Positions 44,939 through 56,504 of a DNA stretch of 64,000 bases are shown here, one piece after another. The DNA is from Rhodospirillales bacterium (lineage in GTDB: Bacteria; Pseudomonadota; Alphaproteobacteria; Bin95), in assembly GCA_038143065.1 (NCBI GenBank), contig JAYQLI010000035.1, positions 736,001 through 800,000 of the forward strand, in the 5' to 3' direction. The translations under genes and the position numbers were made by a program. The notes below the pieces were generated by a model, which worked only from the letters and a program-made list of their open reading frames with translations, was not told the DNA's origin and ran no database searches. Position 1 is the stretch's first letter, and each line of letters begins with the position of its first letter.

Positions 44939-45101
44939 TAGTAACTCCGTAGGCTATTTTTCTTAAAATTAAGATAGATAAGAACAAACTTCCTTATTTA
45001 TGTATAAGTGTTGACATACCGGCTTTGAACGTGTGGTTGTTAGCACTAAACACAAAAATAACAAGAAATTCTTGGAAAACTGCTAATCAAGGAAAGTTAC
45101 T

Positions 45102-46396
45102 GTGAGCGAGACTAACAAAAATATTGAAACTACTGTGTTACATGCTGGCCATAGAGCAGATCCAACAACGGGCTCTGTAGCGGTACCGATCCATCAAACT
45201 ACTTCATTCCAGTTCCGCGATGCAGAACATGCAGCCAATCTTTTCGCTCTCTCCGAACTTGGCAACATTTATACACGTATAATGAACCCAACCTGTGATG
45301 TGCTCGAGCAACTTTAATGACTGCAATGGAAGGTGGGGCTGCAGGTCTAGCTTTAGGGTCGGGCCAAGCAGCTAGTGCTTTTTGTATACAGAACATAGCA
45401 AAAGCAGGCGATAATTTCATTGCTTCAACAGATCTTTACGGTGGAACCTGGAATTTATTTGCTAACTCCATGAAAGATATGGGCATTGAGTGTCGGTTCG
45501 TTGACCCAAGTGATCCTGAAAACTTCCGCCGAGCAGTTGATGATAAAACACGCGCTTTTTATGCAGAAACTTTACCTAATCCAAAACTTAATGTTTTTCC
45601 AATTTCAGAGGTAGCAGCCATCGGTCGCGAGTTGGGCATACCTTTAATCATGGATAACACTGCTGCATCTGGCATTTGTAGGCCACTTGAACATGGCGCT
45701 GCGATCGTGATGTATTCAACAACAAAGTATATTGGCGGCCACGGCACATCAATCGGTGGTCTTGTTGTGGACGGTGGTAATTTTGACTGGGAAGCTCATG
45801 CCGAGCGTCAACCTTATCTTAATCAACCTGACCCGAGCTATCATGGAGCTGTTTGGACTCAGGCGGTTAAGGGCATTGGTCCAGTTGCTTACATCATTAA
45901 GATGCGCACAACATTGCTGCGTGACTTAGGGTCAGCAATGTCGCCCTTCAATGCCTTCATGTTTCTGCAAGGCTTAGAAACTCTTCCACTTCGGATGGAA
46001 CGACACTGCAGTAATACTGTAGCGGTTGCTGAGTGGTTAGCTAAACATCCCGCAGTTGAAACGGTTATTCATCCCAGCCAGCAGACAGGCGAACTAAAAG
46101 CCCGGGCGGATAAGTACCTAAATGGTCAATATGGTGGCCTTTGTGGCATGGTCCTAAAAGGTGGAAAGGATGCCGGAGCAAAGTTCATTGATAGCCTAAA
46201 AATGTTCTATCACGTTGCAAACATAGGTGATGCGAGAAGTCTTGCAATTCATCCTGCAACAACAACACACAGTCAGCTTTCCGCTGAAGAGCAAGAGGCT
46301 ACAGGCGTTTCAGCTGGGTACGTACGTCTTTCAATCGGCATTGAACATATCGATGATATCATTGCTGATCTCGATCAAGCGTTAGCTCAGGTATAA
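45102..46396 (+). CDS. metY: O-acetylhomoserine aminocarboxypropyltransferase/sulfhydrylase (frameshift near 45310)
   Basis: [29 protein letters not shown] (PLP Lys) and [18 protein letters not shown]. Confidence 0.92.
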
Positions 46397-46438
46397 TTAG
46401 TTAGCGTCTGCTAACAGCGCTTAACTCACACAAATCAG

Positions 46439-46467
46439 GGCCATGGAATTTTTCCATGGCCTTTTTT
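46439..46467 (+). terminator. Rho-independent terminator of metY
   Basis: GGCCATGGAA-ttt-TTCCATGGCC followed by TTTTTT. Confidence 0.85.
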
Positions 46468-46644
46468 ATTACATACTAAATTGTTAGATAATAATCATTA
46501 GATCTGATAATGCTGCAGTGAATGTTGGTCCTTAAAATTTCCAGCAATTGGGTGGAAAAATCCTAAACCTAAAATACTGCTAAGCCTGTGCGATCCTCAG
46601 CCCCAGAATAGCTCTGGGTTATGACGAAGCGATGCCTTAGATAT

Positions 46645-47808
46645 TTATTTCTTCGCGTACTGAATTGCTACGCGCCCAACAGTTTCTCTTGCCACAATCA
46701 TTTTAGACACCTGAGCGGTACCATCACCAATCTCAAGTCCCATGACGTCACGGAGGCGTTGCTGATGGGGTAAATCGCGGCTGTAGCCAAGGTGACCATG
46801 TGTGAGAAGACACTGGTGAATTGCATCAACTGATATCTTTGGCCCCATCCACTTAACCATAGCGGCTTCTTTTGTGTGAGGCTTGCCCTGCTCGCGAAGC
46901 CAAAGACACTCATACGCTAAAAGACGAGCAGCGCGGACCTGCGCATCCGCTTCGGCGAGCGGAAACGTAACCCCCTGGAACTGCGCTAAAGGACCACCAA
47001 AAGCTTCTCGATCTGTAATGTAACTCCACGTCTCATCAATGGAAGCACGAGCTGACCCCAAGCATTGTAAAGCTATGAGTGCCCGGGAGTAATCAAAACC
47101 CTGCATGACGCGTATGAATCCCATACCAACGTCACCTACTCGACGCGCATCAGGTACACGTACGTGATCGAACCAAATTGACCCTCTCCCAACAGAAATG
47201 CTGCCAAGATCATTATAATTTGATCTGGATACACCTGGCGCATCCAAATCAATTAAGAAAGCAGTAATACCCCTTGCACCTTCATCGACATCCCCAGTCC
47301 TAGCTGCCACCAAGACGAAATCAGCTTGATTAGCGCAAGAAATTGACGCCTTTTCCCCATCAATAATCCAGTCACTGCCATCTCTCCTAGCGCGCAACTG
47401 AAGATTTGCAGCATCTGTCCCACCGCGAGGTTCTGTTAGTCCTAAGCTTGGAATTATCTCGCCAGCTGCAAGTTTTGGCAGATATTCAGTTGCCAAATCC
47501 TTCGACGCAAACTGAGCTATAACTCCACCAATAAGTGATCCTAATAATTGGATGTAGGCGATATTTAGATCACCTCGACCAATCTCTTCAATGACTGCAC
47601 CTTGCGTTAGACCAGAGGCGCCAATACCTCCATATTCTTCGGGTAAGTCCGGCGCAACTAGTCCAAGGCCACCCATTTCTTTAAGCAAATCTCGATCAAA
47701 ATGATCAACGGCTTCCCTGGATTGATAGAAGGGCAGAAGTTTCTCGTCTGCGAAACGCCGTGCTGCCTCCCGAATAGCCTCACCAACCTCATCGAACTCA
47801 AAATGCAT
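46645..47808 (-). CDS. aliB: Acyl-CoA dehydrogenase, cyclohexanecarboxyl-CoA dehydrogenase (AliB/BadJ)-like
   Basis: RRFA..KL.P.YQ.R, LTEPRGG.DAA, GEK.SIS.A.QAD, GRGS.WFD.VRVP, QGFDYSRALI and QQRLRDV.GL.IGDGTAQ; subfamily recognised from memory. Confidence 0.7.
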   Translation of the reverse strand: MHFEFDEVGEAIREAARRFADEKLLPFYQSREAVDHFDRDLLKEMGGLGLVAPDLPEEYGGIGASGLTQGAVIEEIGRGDLNIAYIQLLGSLIGGVIAQFASKDLATEYLPKLAAGEIIPSLGLTEPRGGTDAANLQLRARRDGSDWIIDGEKASISCANQADFVLVAARTGDVDEGARGITAFLIDLDAPGVSRSNYNDLGSISVGRGSIWFDHVRVPDARRVGDVGMGFIRVMQGFDYSRALIALQCLGSARASIDETWSYITDREAFGGPLAQFQGVTFPLAEADAQVRAARLLAYECLWLREQGKPHTKEAAMVKWMGPKISVDAIHQCLLTHGHLGYSRDLPHQQRLRDVMGLEIGDGTAQVSKMIVARETVGRVAIQYAKK

Positions 47809-47812
47809 AATT

Positions 47813-48939
47813 CTACCCTTTAAATTCATCCCGGATGGATGAGCCGTGCTGATTAATTTTTGGAGCTAATCCGTACAATGGGGTATCATTAGCCCTTCGC
47901 ACCGGAGGAGCCGGCATATCAATCACACCTTTCTCTGTCTGAACCTCGATACGTCGTAATGCGGGATGGCTAACCATATCCTCAACGCTGTTAACGCTGG
48001 AATGGGCAATATCAGCCTTCCTTAGACGCTCCTGTAGGGTAGATTGGTCAATTGCTTTCAAAACGCGATCTATTTCACCTTCAACAAATTCTCTATTCGC
48101 CATTCTCGACTTGTTTGGCTGACATCTCTCATCAGTCGCCATGCTTGGTTGCTCAAGTACTATTTCAGCAAAACGCCCCCACTCCCGCTCGTTTTGAATA
48201 GCGATCATAGTTAATCGTCCGTCGCCAGTTGCGTAGGCCCCATATGGAACAAGGGCATTGTGGCGAAGTCCCGTTCGAGGCCAATCCCTTCCTCCATGCT
48301 GCTGGAACATTACCGGAGCTGCCATCAAATCAGCCATCGCATCGAACATAGAAACAGCTATGCCAGCCCCACGACCCGTCTTTTCTCGTGCGTACAGAGC
48401 TTCAAGAACGCCAGTTAGTCCGTTTATTCCAGTCGTTAAGTCACAGATTGATACTCCGACGCGGGATGGCTCAGAGGGAGAACCAGTAACAGCCATCAGT
48501 CCACTTTCAGCTTGGACCAAAAGGTCATATGCCTTTGCCGTATCAAAAGGTGCAGGCGCTTGTCCGTAACCCGATATATCTACCGTAATGAGGCGTGGAT
48601 ATAATTCTCTCAGTTCCTCTGAACCAAAACCGGCGCGCTCAGTGGCGCCTGGTGCAAGATTTTGGACCCAAACGTCTGCTTTGGCCAACAATCGGTGCAA
48701 CAATGCTTGGTCAGCTTCATTCTTGATATCTATCGCGAGAGATCTTTCCCACGATTTAACCAGACAAAGAATGATGAAAGCCCCTTTGATGTATCATCAT
48801 ACCCACGAGCAAAATCACCTTCAGCACGCTCTAGCTTAATAACACGAGCCCCAGCATCCGCCATTCGACACGTAAGAAATGGGGCCGCAACTGCTTGCTC
48901 CAAACTTACGACCAGGACGCCTTCGAGAGGACCACTCAT
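47813..48939 (-). CDS. Family III (CaiB/BaiF) CoA-transferase (frameshift near 48735)
   Basis: PLEG..VVSLEQAVAAP...MADAGARVIK.ER..GDFAR.YD, WLNRGK, QNLAPGA and KAYDLLVQAESG. Confidence 0.88.
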
Positions 48940-50136
48940 TAATAGGAACGCGGCATACCGAGCACATGCTCGCCGATAAAGCTAAGGACTAAATTTTGGG
49001 ATATAGGTGCCGTACGATGAATACGTGCTTCTCTGAACTTCCGCTCGATACCGTACTCCTCGGCGAAGGCAAACCCGCCAAATGTCTGGAAACATGTATC
49101 TGCAGCTTTCCAGACAGCTTCAGCAGCTAAATATTTGCCTGCATTAGCCTCAGCCCCACACGGCAACCCAGCTTCAAAAAGCGCTGCCGCTTTTTGAATG
49201 ACAAGCTTAGCTCCCATGAACTGTGCGTAGGCGTCAGCAATTGGAAATTGAATACCTTGATTGGAACCAATAGGCCTGCCAAAAACCTCTCGCTCACGGG
49301 AGTATTCACTGGCCTTTTGAGCAAACCATTGGCAATCCCCAAGAGCTTCAGAAGCAACAAGCACACGTTCTGCATTCATACCATCAAGAATGTACCTAAA
49401 ACCTTTACCCTCTTCGCCAATCAGAGATGATGCTGGAATACGGAGATTATCAAAAAATATCTCCGTCGTGTTATGGTTGATCATTGTCTTGATCGGTTTG
49501 ATCTCTAAACCGTTACCTTTAGCCTCACGCATGTCGACTAAAAATACAGATAGCCCGTCTGTTCTCTTCGCAACTTTTTCTTTTGCTGTAGTGCGAGCCA
49601 ACAAAAGCATTAAGTCAGAATGCTCAGCCCGACTGGTCCATACCTTCTGACCATTAACAACATATTCATCACCGTCACGAACTGCCGTGGTTCTGAGACT
49701 TAGAGTATCAGTACCACTCGTTGGCTCTGTTACTCCAAAAGCCTGGAGTCTAAGTTCACCTGAGGCGATCTTCGGCAGATACATTCTTTTTGGTCATCTG
49801 ATCCATGCCTAAGGACCGTGCCCATTGTATACATTTGCGCATGACAGGCGGCCCCAGAACAACCATTCTTATGAATTTCTTCAAGGATTGCAGCACCCGC
49901 CGACAACGGTAAACCTGAACCACCATACTCTTTCTGGTATCAAAACACCCAGAAAACCGGCATCCAGTCAAAGCTTTTACAAACTCTGTAGGATAACCAC
50001 GCCGTTGATCCAGCTCATGCCAGTATTCTGAGGAAAATCCTTCGCAGAGCTTAGCTAGAGCTTCTCGGATTTCTGGGTAGGTCTCGCCAATCGGCATTAC
50101 AGGCATGTCAGTTGAAATTGAGACGCTATCAGGCAC
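48939..50136 (-). CDS. Acyl-CoA dehydrogenase (frameshifted N-terminal half)
   Basis: YPTEFV.AL, CHAQMY.MG, RLQAFGVTEPTSGTD, NGQKVWTSRAEHSD and IERKFRE. Confidence 0.88.
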
Positions 50137-50280
50137 GGCCTTCGGGCTCCTGAACAGTTAAAAGAATTTTTCCAAACATTAGCTTTTTTTTTTATACTAT
50201 CCTAAAGCCCCTTAGTTAGGGCTTGCAGAGATGCGCGGATAAGATCTACGTAAAACAAATCAATCTTAGAGGCCTCGGCC

Positions 50281-51509
50281 ATGATAAGCGGTAAAAGCAT
50301 CCTTTTAACTATCTCAGGCGGAATAGCTGCCTATAGAAGTTTGGAATTAATTCGTCGCCTTCGCGAACGTGGAGCTTCTGTGCGTTGCGTACTAACAAAA
50401 GGTGGGGCTGAATTTGTAACTCCACTTTCAGTCGCAGCGCTTAGCGAAGGGAAAGTTTACCAAGACATCTTTTCTCTAACAGACGAGAGTGAAATGGGTC
50501 ACATCCGTCTCTCTCGCGAAGCAGATTTAATTGTAGTTGCGCCAGCCAGTGCTGACCTCTTAGCTAAAATGGCTAACGGTCATAGTGATGACCTGGCTTC
50601 AACCGTACTTCTGGCAACAGACAAGAAGGTCTTAATCGCCCCCACTATGAATGTCCGCATGTGGGAGCACCCAGCGGTCAAACGAAATGTTGCGCAGCTT
50701 GAGGCTGATGGTGTGTTTCGCGTGGGACCAGGATCAGGTGAACTCGCGTGCGGTGAAACTGGGTCAGGCCGGATGGCTGAGCCATTGGACATCGTATCAG
50801 CTATCGAAAAGATACTAGATCCAACCAAGACAATTAAACCACTTGCAGGAAAAAGTGCATTAGTGACGTCTGGCCCAACCTGGGAAGCCATTGATCCTGT
50901 TCGTTTTATTGCCAATCGTTCTTCTGGCAAGCAAGGACATGCTGTTGCTAAAGCGCTGCAGGCACTGGGTGCCGAGGTGACTTTGGTTTCTGGACCAACG
51001 AAATTACCCGACCCAACCGGGATGAAGGTTATACACATTGAGAGCGCGCGTGAACTTTTGGCTGCGTGCATGAATGCCCTTCCACTGACATCGCAGTATG
51101 CGCGGCAGCTGTCGCTGATTGGCGCGTTGCAAATGAAGCAGACAACAAAATTAAAAAAGACGATAAGGGGGCTCTGCCAACTCTCTCTTTCTCTGAAAAT
51201 CCTGACATTCTTAAATCAATCTCGATGTCTGAAACCTCTCGCCCTTCCCTCGTGGTTGGTTTTGCAGCGGAAACTGAAAGCCTAATCGAGCATGCGAAAG
51301 CCAAGCTGCAGAAAAAAGCCTGTGATTGGATTTTAGCGAATGATGTATCGCGCGAAGCAGGCGTTTTCGATGGTGACGCTAACACACTGCATCTTGTGAC
51401 CAAATCAGGTGTAGAAGATTGGGAGAAGCTCGATAAACAGGCGGCTGCAAATCGCTTAGCTCAACGTATCGCAGAATTTTTCCAATCGAATGAGTTCAAG
51501 ACAAAATGA
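50281..51509 (+). CDS. coaBC: Phosphopantothenoylcysteine decarboxylase/synthase (frameshift near 51075)
   Basis: [52 protein letters not shown] and VGFAAET. Confidence 0.95.
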
Positions 51510-51946
51510 TTGATGTAAAGATTAATCTTCTTTCGCACGGTGTAAGCGTCCCTAAATACGCAACTCCTGGTTCGGCCGGTGCTGATCTCTATGCTGCGAA
51601 TACTGAAGCGGTAGAACTGGCTCCAGGTGCTCGAGCCCTTATTCCGTGCGGCTTTTCAATGGCGCTGCCCGAAGGTTATGAGGCGCAGGTCAGACCCCGC
51701 TCAGGTCTCGCCCTGAAAAATGGAATTACTCTCCCGAATACACCAGGTACGATCGATGCTGACTATCGCGGTGAAGTAGGTGTAATCCTCTTGAACTTGG
51801 GCACAGAGGTATTTGTGGTCGAACGAGGAATGCGTATTGCACAAATGGTAATAGCACCTGCGCCGCAAGCGACATTCAAATTGGTTAACGGGTTAGACGA
51901 AACATCCAGGGGTACCGGAGGCTTTGGCTCCACTGGACGCGAGTAA
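51506..51946 (+). CDS. dut: dUTP diphosphatase
   Basis: [25 protein letters not shown] and [10 protein letters not shown]. Confidence 0.97.
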   Translation: MIDVKINLLSHGVSVPKYATPGSAGADLYAANTEAVELAPGARALIPCGFSMALPEGYEAQVRPRSGLALKNGITLPNTPGTIDADYRGEVGVILLNLGTEVFVVERGMRIAQMVIAPAPQATFKLVNGLDETSRGTGGFGSTGRE

Positions 51947-52701
51947 TGAAACTCGACCTCAATGATTCTCAGCTTGAACGCTACTCACGGCACATCCTAC
52001 TGCCGGAGGTTGGAGCAGTAGGCCAAGCTAAGCTTATGTCCTCAAAAGTGCTAATCGTTGGTGCAGGAGGTCTTGGCGCACCGATGATCCTCTATCTCGC
52101 CTCTGCCGGTATAGGCCGCATTGGAATCATCGATAATGATGATGTTGAGCTTTCAAACCTGCAGCGCCAGGTGGCTCATACCACAGGCCGCATAGGCGTC
52201 AATAAAGCTGCAAGTGCTGCCATGACAGCTCAAGAAATTAATCCTGAAATTCAAGTGGACGCGATCACAGAAAGGCTAACCGAAAAGAACATCGACACAA
52301 TATTCGCTGACTATGATGTCATTGCAGATGGAACGGATAATTTTGATACGCGCTATCTCATCAATGACGCTGCAGTGCGATTGGGAAAAATTCTTGTAAC
52401 AGCTGCATTACTTCGTTTCGATGGACAGCTAACAACGATCAAACCTGGTGGTCCTTGCTACCGCTGCCTTTTTCCAGAACCACCTCCACCAGGAGCGGTT
52501 CCATCTTGTTCAGAAGCCGGCGTACTTGGTTCAGTGGCAGGTGTTTTAGGCACCATGCAGGCAACCGAAGTGGTTAAGGAAATACTGGGTATAGGAGATA
52601 GCCTTTCTGGCCGACTGCTACTTTTTGATGGTCTTACAATGACGATGCGTGACATGAAAGCGAAACGAAGAATAGGCTGCAAGGCTTGTGATACTGATTA
52701 A
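51946..52701 (+). CDS. moeB: MoeB/ThiF family adenylyltransferase
   Basis: RYSRHILL, GAGGLG, SNLQRQ, DGTDNF.TRY, PCYRCLFP and C..AGVLG. Confidence 0.88.
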   Translation: MKLDLNDSQLERYSRHILLPEVGAVGQAKLMSSKVLIVGAGGLGAPMILYLASAGIGRIGIIDNDDVELSNLQRQVAHTTGRIGVNKAASAAMTAQEINPEIQVDAITERLTEKNIDTIFADYDVIADGTDNFDTRYLINDAAVRLGKILVTAALLRFDGQLTTIKPGGPCYRCLFPEPPPPGAVPSCSEAGVLGSVAGVLGTMQATEVVKEILGIGDSLSGRLLLFDGLTMTMRDMKAKRRIGCKACDTD

Positions 52702-53151
52702 GCCTTCTTCACCTTTCTAACCACTTGCTCAAGAGAATTAAGAAACCGCGACCTGTCCGCCTTAGAAAAAGGGCGCCCCCTCCAGAAGCGCCCAAGGGAT
52801 TAGCGGACCTGATATCCGCCATTAAATCGCGCATGCCTAACTGTTGGCCAATATTTTGAGTGGTGAATAGATCACCATTGTGCCGTATTGCTGCAGCACC
52901 AGCCTCCAGCACTTTTGCGGCTAGTGGGATATCCCCAGTTACACAAATATCCCCTGGGCCCACCCGATCAGCAATCCACATGTCAGCTGCGTCTGCACCC
53001 TGTGCAACTATCACCGTTTCAATGAGAGGATTGGGATTGGGCCGAATGCCCCGTTCGAAACAACGTAGACTTTTAGGCCGTGCCGCTCAGCGACCCTGTA
53101 GGTCTCGTCTTTAACGGGACAGGCGTCGGCATCTATATAAATTACGTTCAT
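52698..53151 (-). CDS. YaiI/YqxD (DUF188) family protein (two indels)
   Basis: [16 protein letters not shown] read from ATG 53151; [16 protein letters not shown]; corrected C-terminus [14 protein letters not shown]. Confidence 0.88.
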
Positions 53152-53211
53152 CCATGTGAGCTACGCTATAACGCCTAGGATTAAAAGAGGACGAGGTCTA
53201 ATCTTCTGATT

Positions 53212-53990
53212 ATGTGGGATTCAATTTACCAGGTAATTCAAACAGCGGGATACCATGGGTTAGCGATAGCGTGCTTAGCATCGCTAATTGCTGGGTTCCT
53301 GCGCGGTTTTATCGGCTTCGGCGCAGCATTGGTAATGACCCCTGTGCTGAGCTTAGTCTATTCTCCAACGATTGCGGTGCCGATTGCATTCCTTTCAGCG
53401 GTTCCCGCTGTTATTCAGTTATTGCCTCCCACAATTAAATATGGAGAGCGGGCCTTTGTCTTACCTCTAGGGCTTACCGCACTTTTTGCATCCCCTGTTG
53501 GGGCGTGGCTTCTATCTAATGGAGATCCAAGAATTTTAAAAATTGGCATCTCATCTTTAATCTTAATAATGGCGTTTGCCTTGTTCAGAGGCTGGCGTTT
53601 CAAAAATCTCCAGGAACAGTAGTTCTAGGAGCGGTCGGTTTACTTTCAGGATTTCTTCAGGGCCTAGCTAGCGTTGGTGGCCCCCCAGCCGTAGCAGCAG
53701 CATTGTCACGACCAGGGGATGTATATGCTCAGCGCGGCAATATTTTAGCAGCAGCCGCAGTCCTCACGGCTTCTAACATAATACCGCTCTGGGCCCTTGG
53801 TCTCTTTAAAGAGCAAACTCTTATTCTTGCGGCAATACTTGTACCACCTCATCTCATTGCTGCGTGGGTTGGCAATCGATATTCTGATGGCCGAGGTAAA
53901 ACACACTTCCATCGCGCAGCCGTCATAATGTTAATAGCAATTGCTTCGACGACTTTGATTCTATCGATTTCTGACTACCTGACCGGTTAG
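53212..53990 (+). CDS. TauE/SafE (TSUP) sulfite-exporter family membrane protein (frameshift near 53610)
   Basis: AGFLRGFIGFGAALV..P.L and the repeat GLLSGFLQGLASVGGPP. Confidence 0.82.
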
Positions 53991-54767
53991 CTGTTTATCA
54001 GCCCACCATCCACATTAAAGCCCTGGCCAGTTATATTGCGAGCACCTGGACCGGCCAAAAATACGGCCATAGCGGCGATATCTTCTGGGTCGTTTCCTCG
54101 GCGGATAGGAATACTTTTCCCAACCTCTTCCTTCAACTCTTCAACCGTTACCCCCTTCTCAGCTGAGCGCGCTGAAAGCAGGCCTTCAACAATTGCTGTA
54201 TAGGTAACACCTGGACATATCGCGTTTACATTAATGTTATTTGGGCCAAGTTGATGCGCTGCTACGTAAGTCATCGCAAGTACCGCACCCTTGGTACCTG
54301 CATATGCACAGTTTGAAGTTCCATAATATCCTCGACCAGCGACTGAAGCGATATTGATAATCCGACCGCCACCTTGAGAAATCATAGTTTTTGCAGCACG
54401 TTGCATGCAAAAAAAACACCTTTGGCATTAACTCTAAACATCCGGTCCCAGTCACTTTCATCAAGGTCCATGATGTGGCGTGCCTGGTAACGCCAGCGTT
54501 ATTTACGATAACGTCTAAACGCCCCATGTCTGTTACCGCTTTAGTTATCATTGAATCGATTGCTTTAAGGTCGCCACAATCGGCTTCAATTGCGCTAGCA
54601 AACCCACCAAATTTTGCGCATTCCGCCGCAACGTTATTGGCAGCTACTCCGTTAATATCAGCAACAGCTACATCAGCACCAGCTTCTGCCAGGGCCCTTG
54701 CACACGCAGCTCCAATTCCTCCACCAGCTCCCGTGACAAGTGTTTTTAGACCCTTGAGCACTGCCAT
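53987..54767 (-). CDS. SDR family oxidoreductase (frameshifts near 54410-54480)
   Basis: TGAGGGIG, NNAG, NIAS, YAGTK and VNAICPG. Confidence 0.9.
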
Positions 54768-54908
54768 ATTATTTCTCCTATTGATTTTAAATCCAGTCAA
54801 ATGGCCTTTTTATAGATACATCCATAACCGTATCGACTGGTGGAGCAATTTCAACTCAATGAGCTGTATACCAGAAGCTTTAGCATTGGTTGCTATACCG
54901 GCCCTATA

Positions 54909-55856
54909 TCAAACCTTAACTGGAGTCTTCAGCGGCTTCCCAGCAAAATGAAGATCAAGGTTCTCAACCGCTAGATCAGCCATTGCATTCCGTGTTGCAA
55001 CAGTAGCACTAGCCTGATGTGGCTGAAGCACAACATTATCTAGATCAAAAAGAGCAGAAGGGACCTTGGGCTCTGCCTCAAAAACATCCAGTCCAGCGCC
55101 CCAAATCCGTTTTGCCATTAAGGCTTCCACTAAAGCTTGCTCGTCTATGACAGAACCACGAGCAACATTTACAATCCATCCTTCTGGTCCCAATGCGTCC
55201 AGAACATTCTTGTTGACAAGGTGGCGCGTCGCAGGACCTCCTGGACAACAAAGCACCAGACCATCTGATTGCTCAGCCAAACGAGCAATATCAGGCTCGT
55301 AAGGATACTGGGCATCGGGCTTTGGACGAGGACCAGTCCATGTCACATTAGCACCAAGAGCTGTCAAACGATCCGCTACAGCGAGCCCAATGCCACCCAA
55401 TGCGACGACACCTATAGGACGACCAACGACCGTTTTATTGAGCGGGAGATCCGCCTTCAACCAACGACCATCACGGACGTAAGCGTCTGCTTTGGGAATT
55501 TCACGCGTAACTGACAAAACAAGTCCAATGGCGAGATTTGCCACTTCAGCACTGAGAACGCCTGGTGTATTTGTTGTTGCCGCACCTTTAGCTAAAGCAT
55601 GACGAACATCAACGCCATCATAGCCAACACCCATAACAGAAATCATCTCCAGGTTAGTTAACGCATCAATCATCGCTGCGTCGACTTTACCGTGGCCCAT
55701 TGTCAGGATGGCGCGGACCTCACTTCCGCGGGCCTCTAAGAGCTCGTCGGTATTTTGGGATTCCCAAAGGCGTAACACTTCGTATCGGTTCCCAAGGCGT
55801 TCGGTAATCCTTGGCGGCATCGCCATCGTTTGGAGAATAACGGGAACGTCAGACAT
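54909..55856 (-). CDS. D-2-hydroxyacid dehydrogenase
   Basis: GVGYDGVD, TNTPGVL, NVARGSV, LDVFEAEP and QPHQASAT. Confidence 0.92.
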   Translation of the reverse strand: MSDVPVILQTMAMPPRITERLGNRYEVLRLWESQNTDELLEARGSEVRAILTMGHGKVDAAMIDALTNLEMISVMGVGYDGVDVRHALAKGAATTNTPGVLSAEVANLAIGLVLSVTREIPKADAYVRDGRWLKADLPLNKTVVGRPIGVVALGGIGLAVADRLTALGANVTWTGPRPKPDAQYPYEPDIARLAEQSDGLVLCCPGGPATRHLVNKNVLDALGPEGWIVNVARGSVIDEQALVEALMAKRIWGAGLDVFEAEPKVPSALFDLDNVVLQPHQASATVATRNAMADLAVENLDLHFAGKPLKTPVKV

Positions 55857-55865
55857 AGACTTAAC

Positions 55866-56504
55866 TCAAACTACCGAAGCAATTTCATCGAAAGCAAACT
55901 TGGGCCCACGTTCCTTAACACTTGCTGGATCACCGTACCCAATATTGCATAGGAAGTTAGCTTTATAAGTGGTGCCTGACAAAAACGTCTCGTTGACCTT
56001 AGCTGCATCAAAACCCGACATAGGACCGCAATCCAGGCCGAGCGAGCGCGCAGCTAAAATCATATAACCACCCATTAATGAGCCATTACGGAAGCTTGCC
56101 TGCTCAGCCATTTCAGGGCTCTTCTCAAACATAGTTTTCATATCACCGTGAGGAAAAGCCTATCCATATGTCGCCAGAATTCTGGATCATAGGCAACAAT
56201 AAGCTGTCACCGGTGCTGTCATTGTTTTTTCGATGTTACCGGAAGATAAACAGGGTTTCAGCTTGTCCTTTCCTTCTCGTGATTTGACAAAAACAAATCT
56301 TGCTGGTGAGGAATTAGCACTAGTTGGTGGTAATAAAGTAAGTTCAATAAGACGATGAAGAAGTGCTTCAGGAACCTTTCTATTTAGCCAGCCATAGCAA
56401 GTCCTACCTTCATGGAAGAGAAGGTCAGCACCATTATCATCAAGCTTTGATACACGCTCTTTCATAGAGGCAAATTTTGACGCTTCTTCATTGGCATTGG
56501 ACAT
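55866..56504 (-). CDS. rutE: RutE-like malonic semialdehyde reductase (nitroreductase fold; frameshifts near 56160-56200)
   Basis: PTSANSSPARFVFV, LSSGNIEKT..AP, RNGSL.GGY.ILAAR.LGLDCGPMSGFD and NFLCNIGYGD. Confidence 0.82.

Noticed and set aside
46470-46644. Possible small RNA between metY and the aliB-like gene
   Set aside because: Only a short CCCAGA/TCTGGG hairpin is present, which is not enough support.
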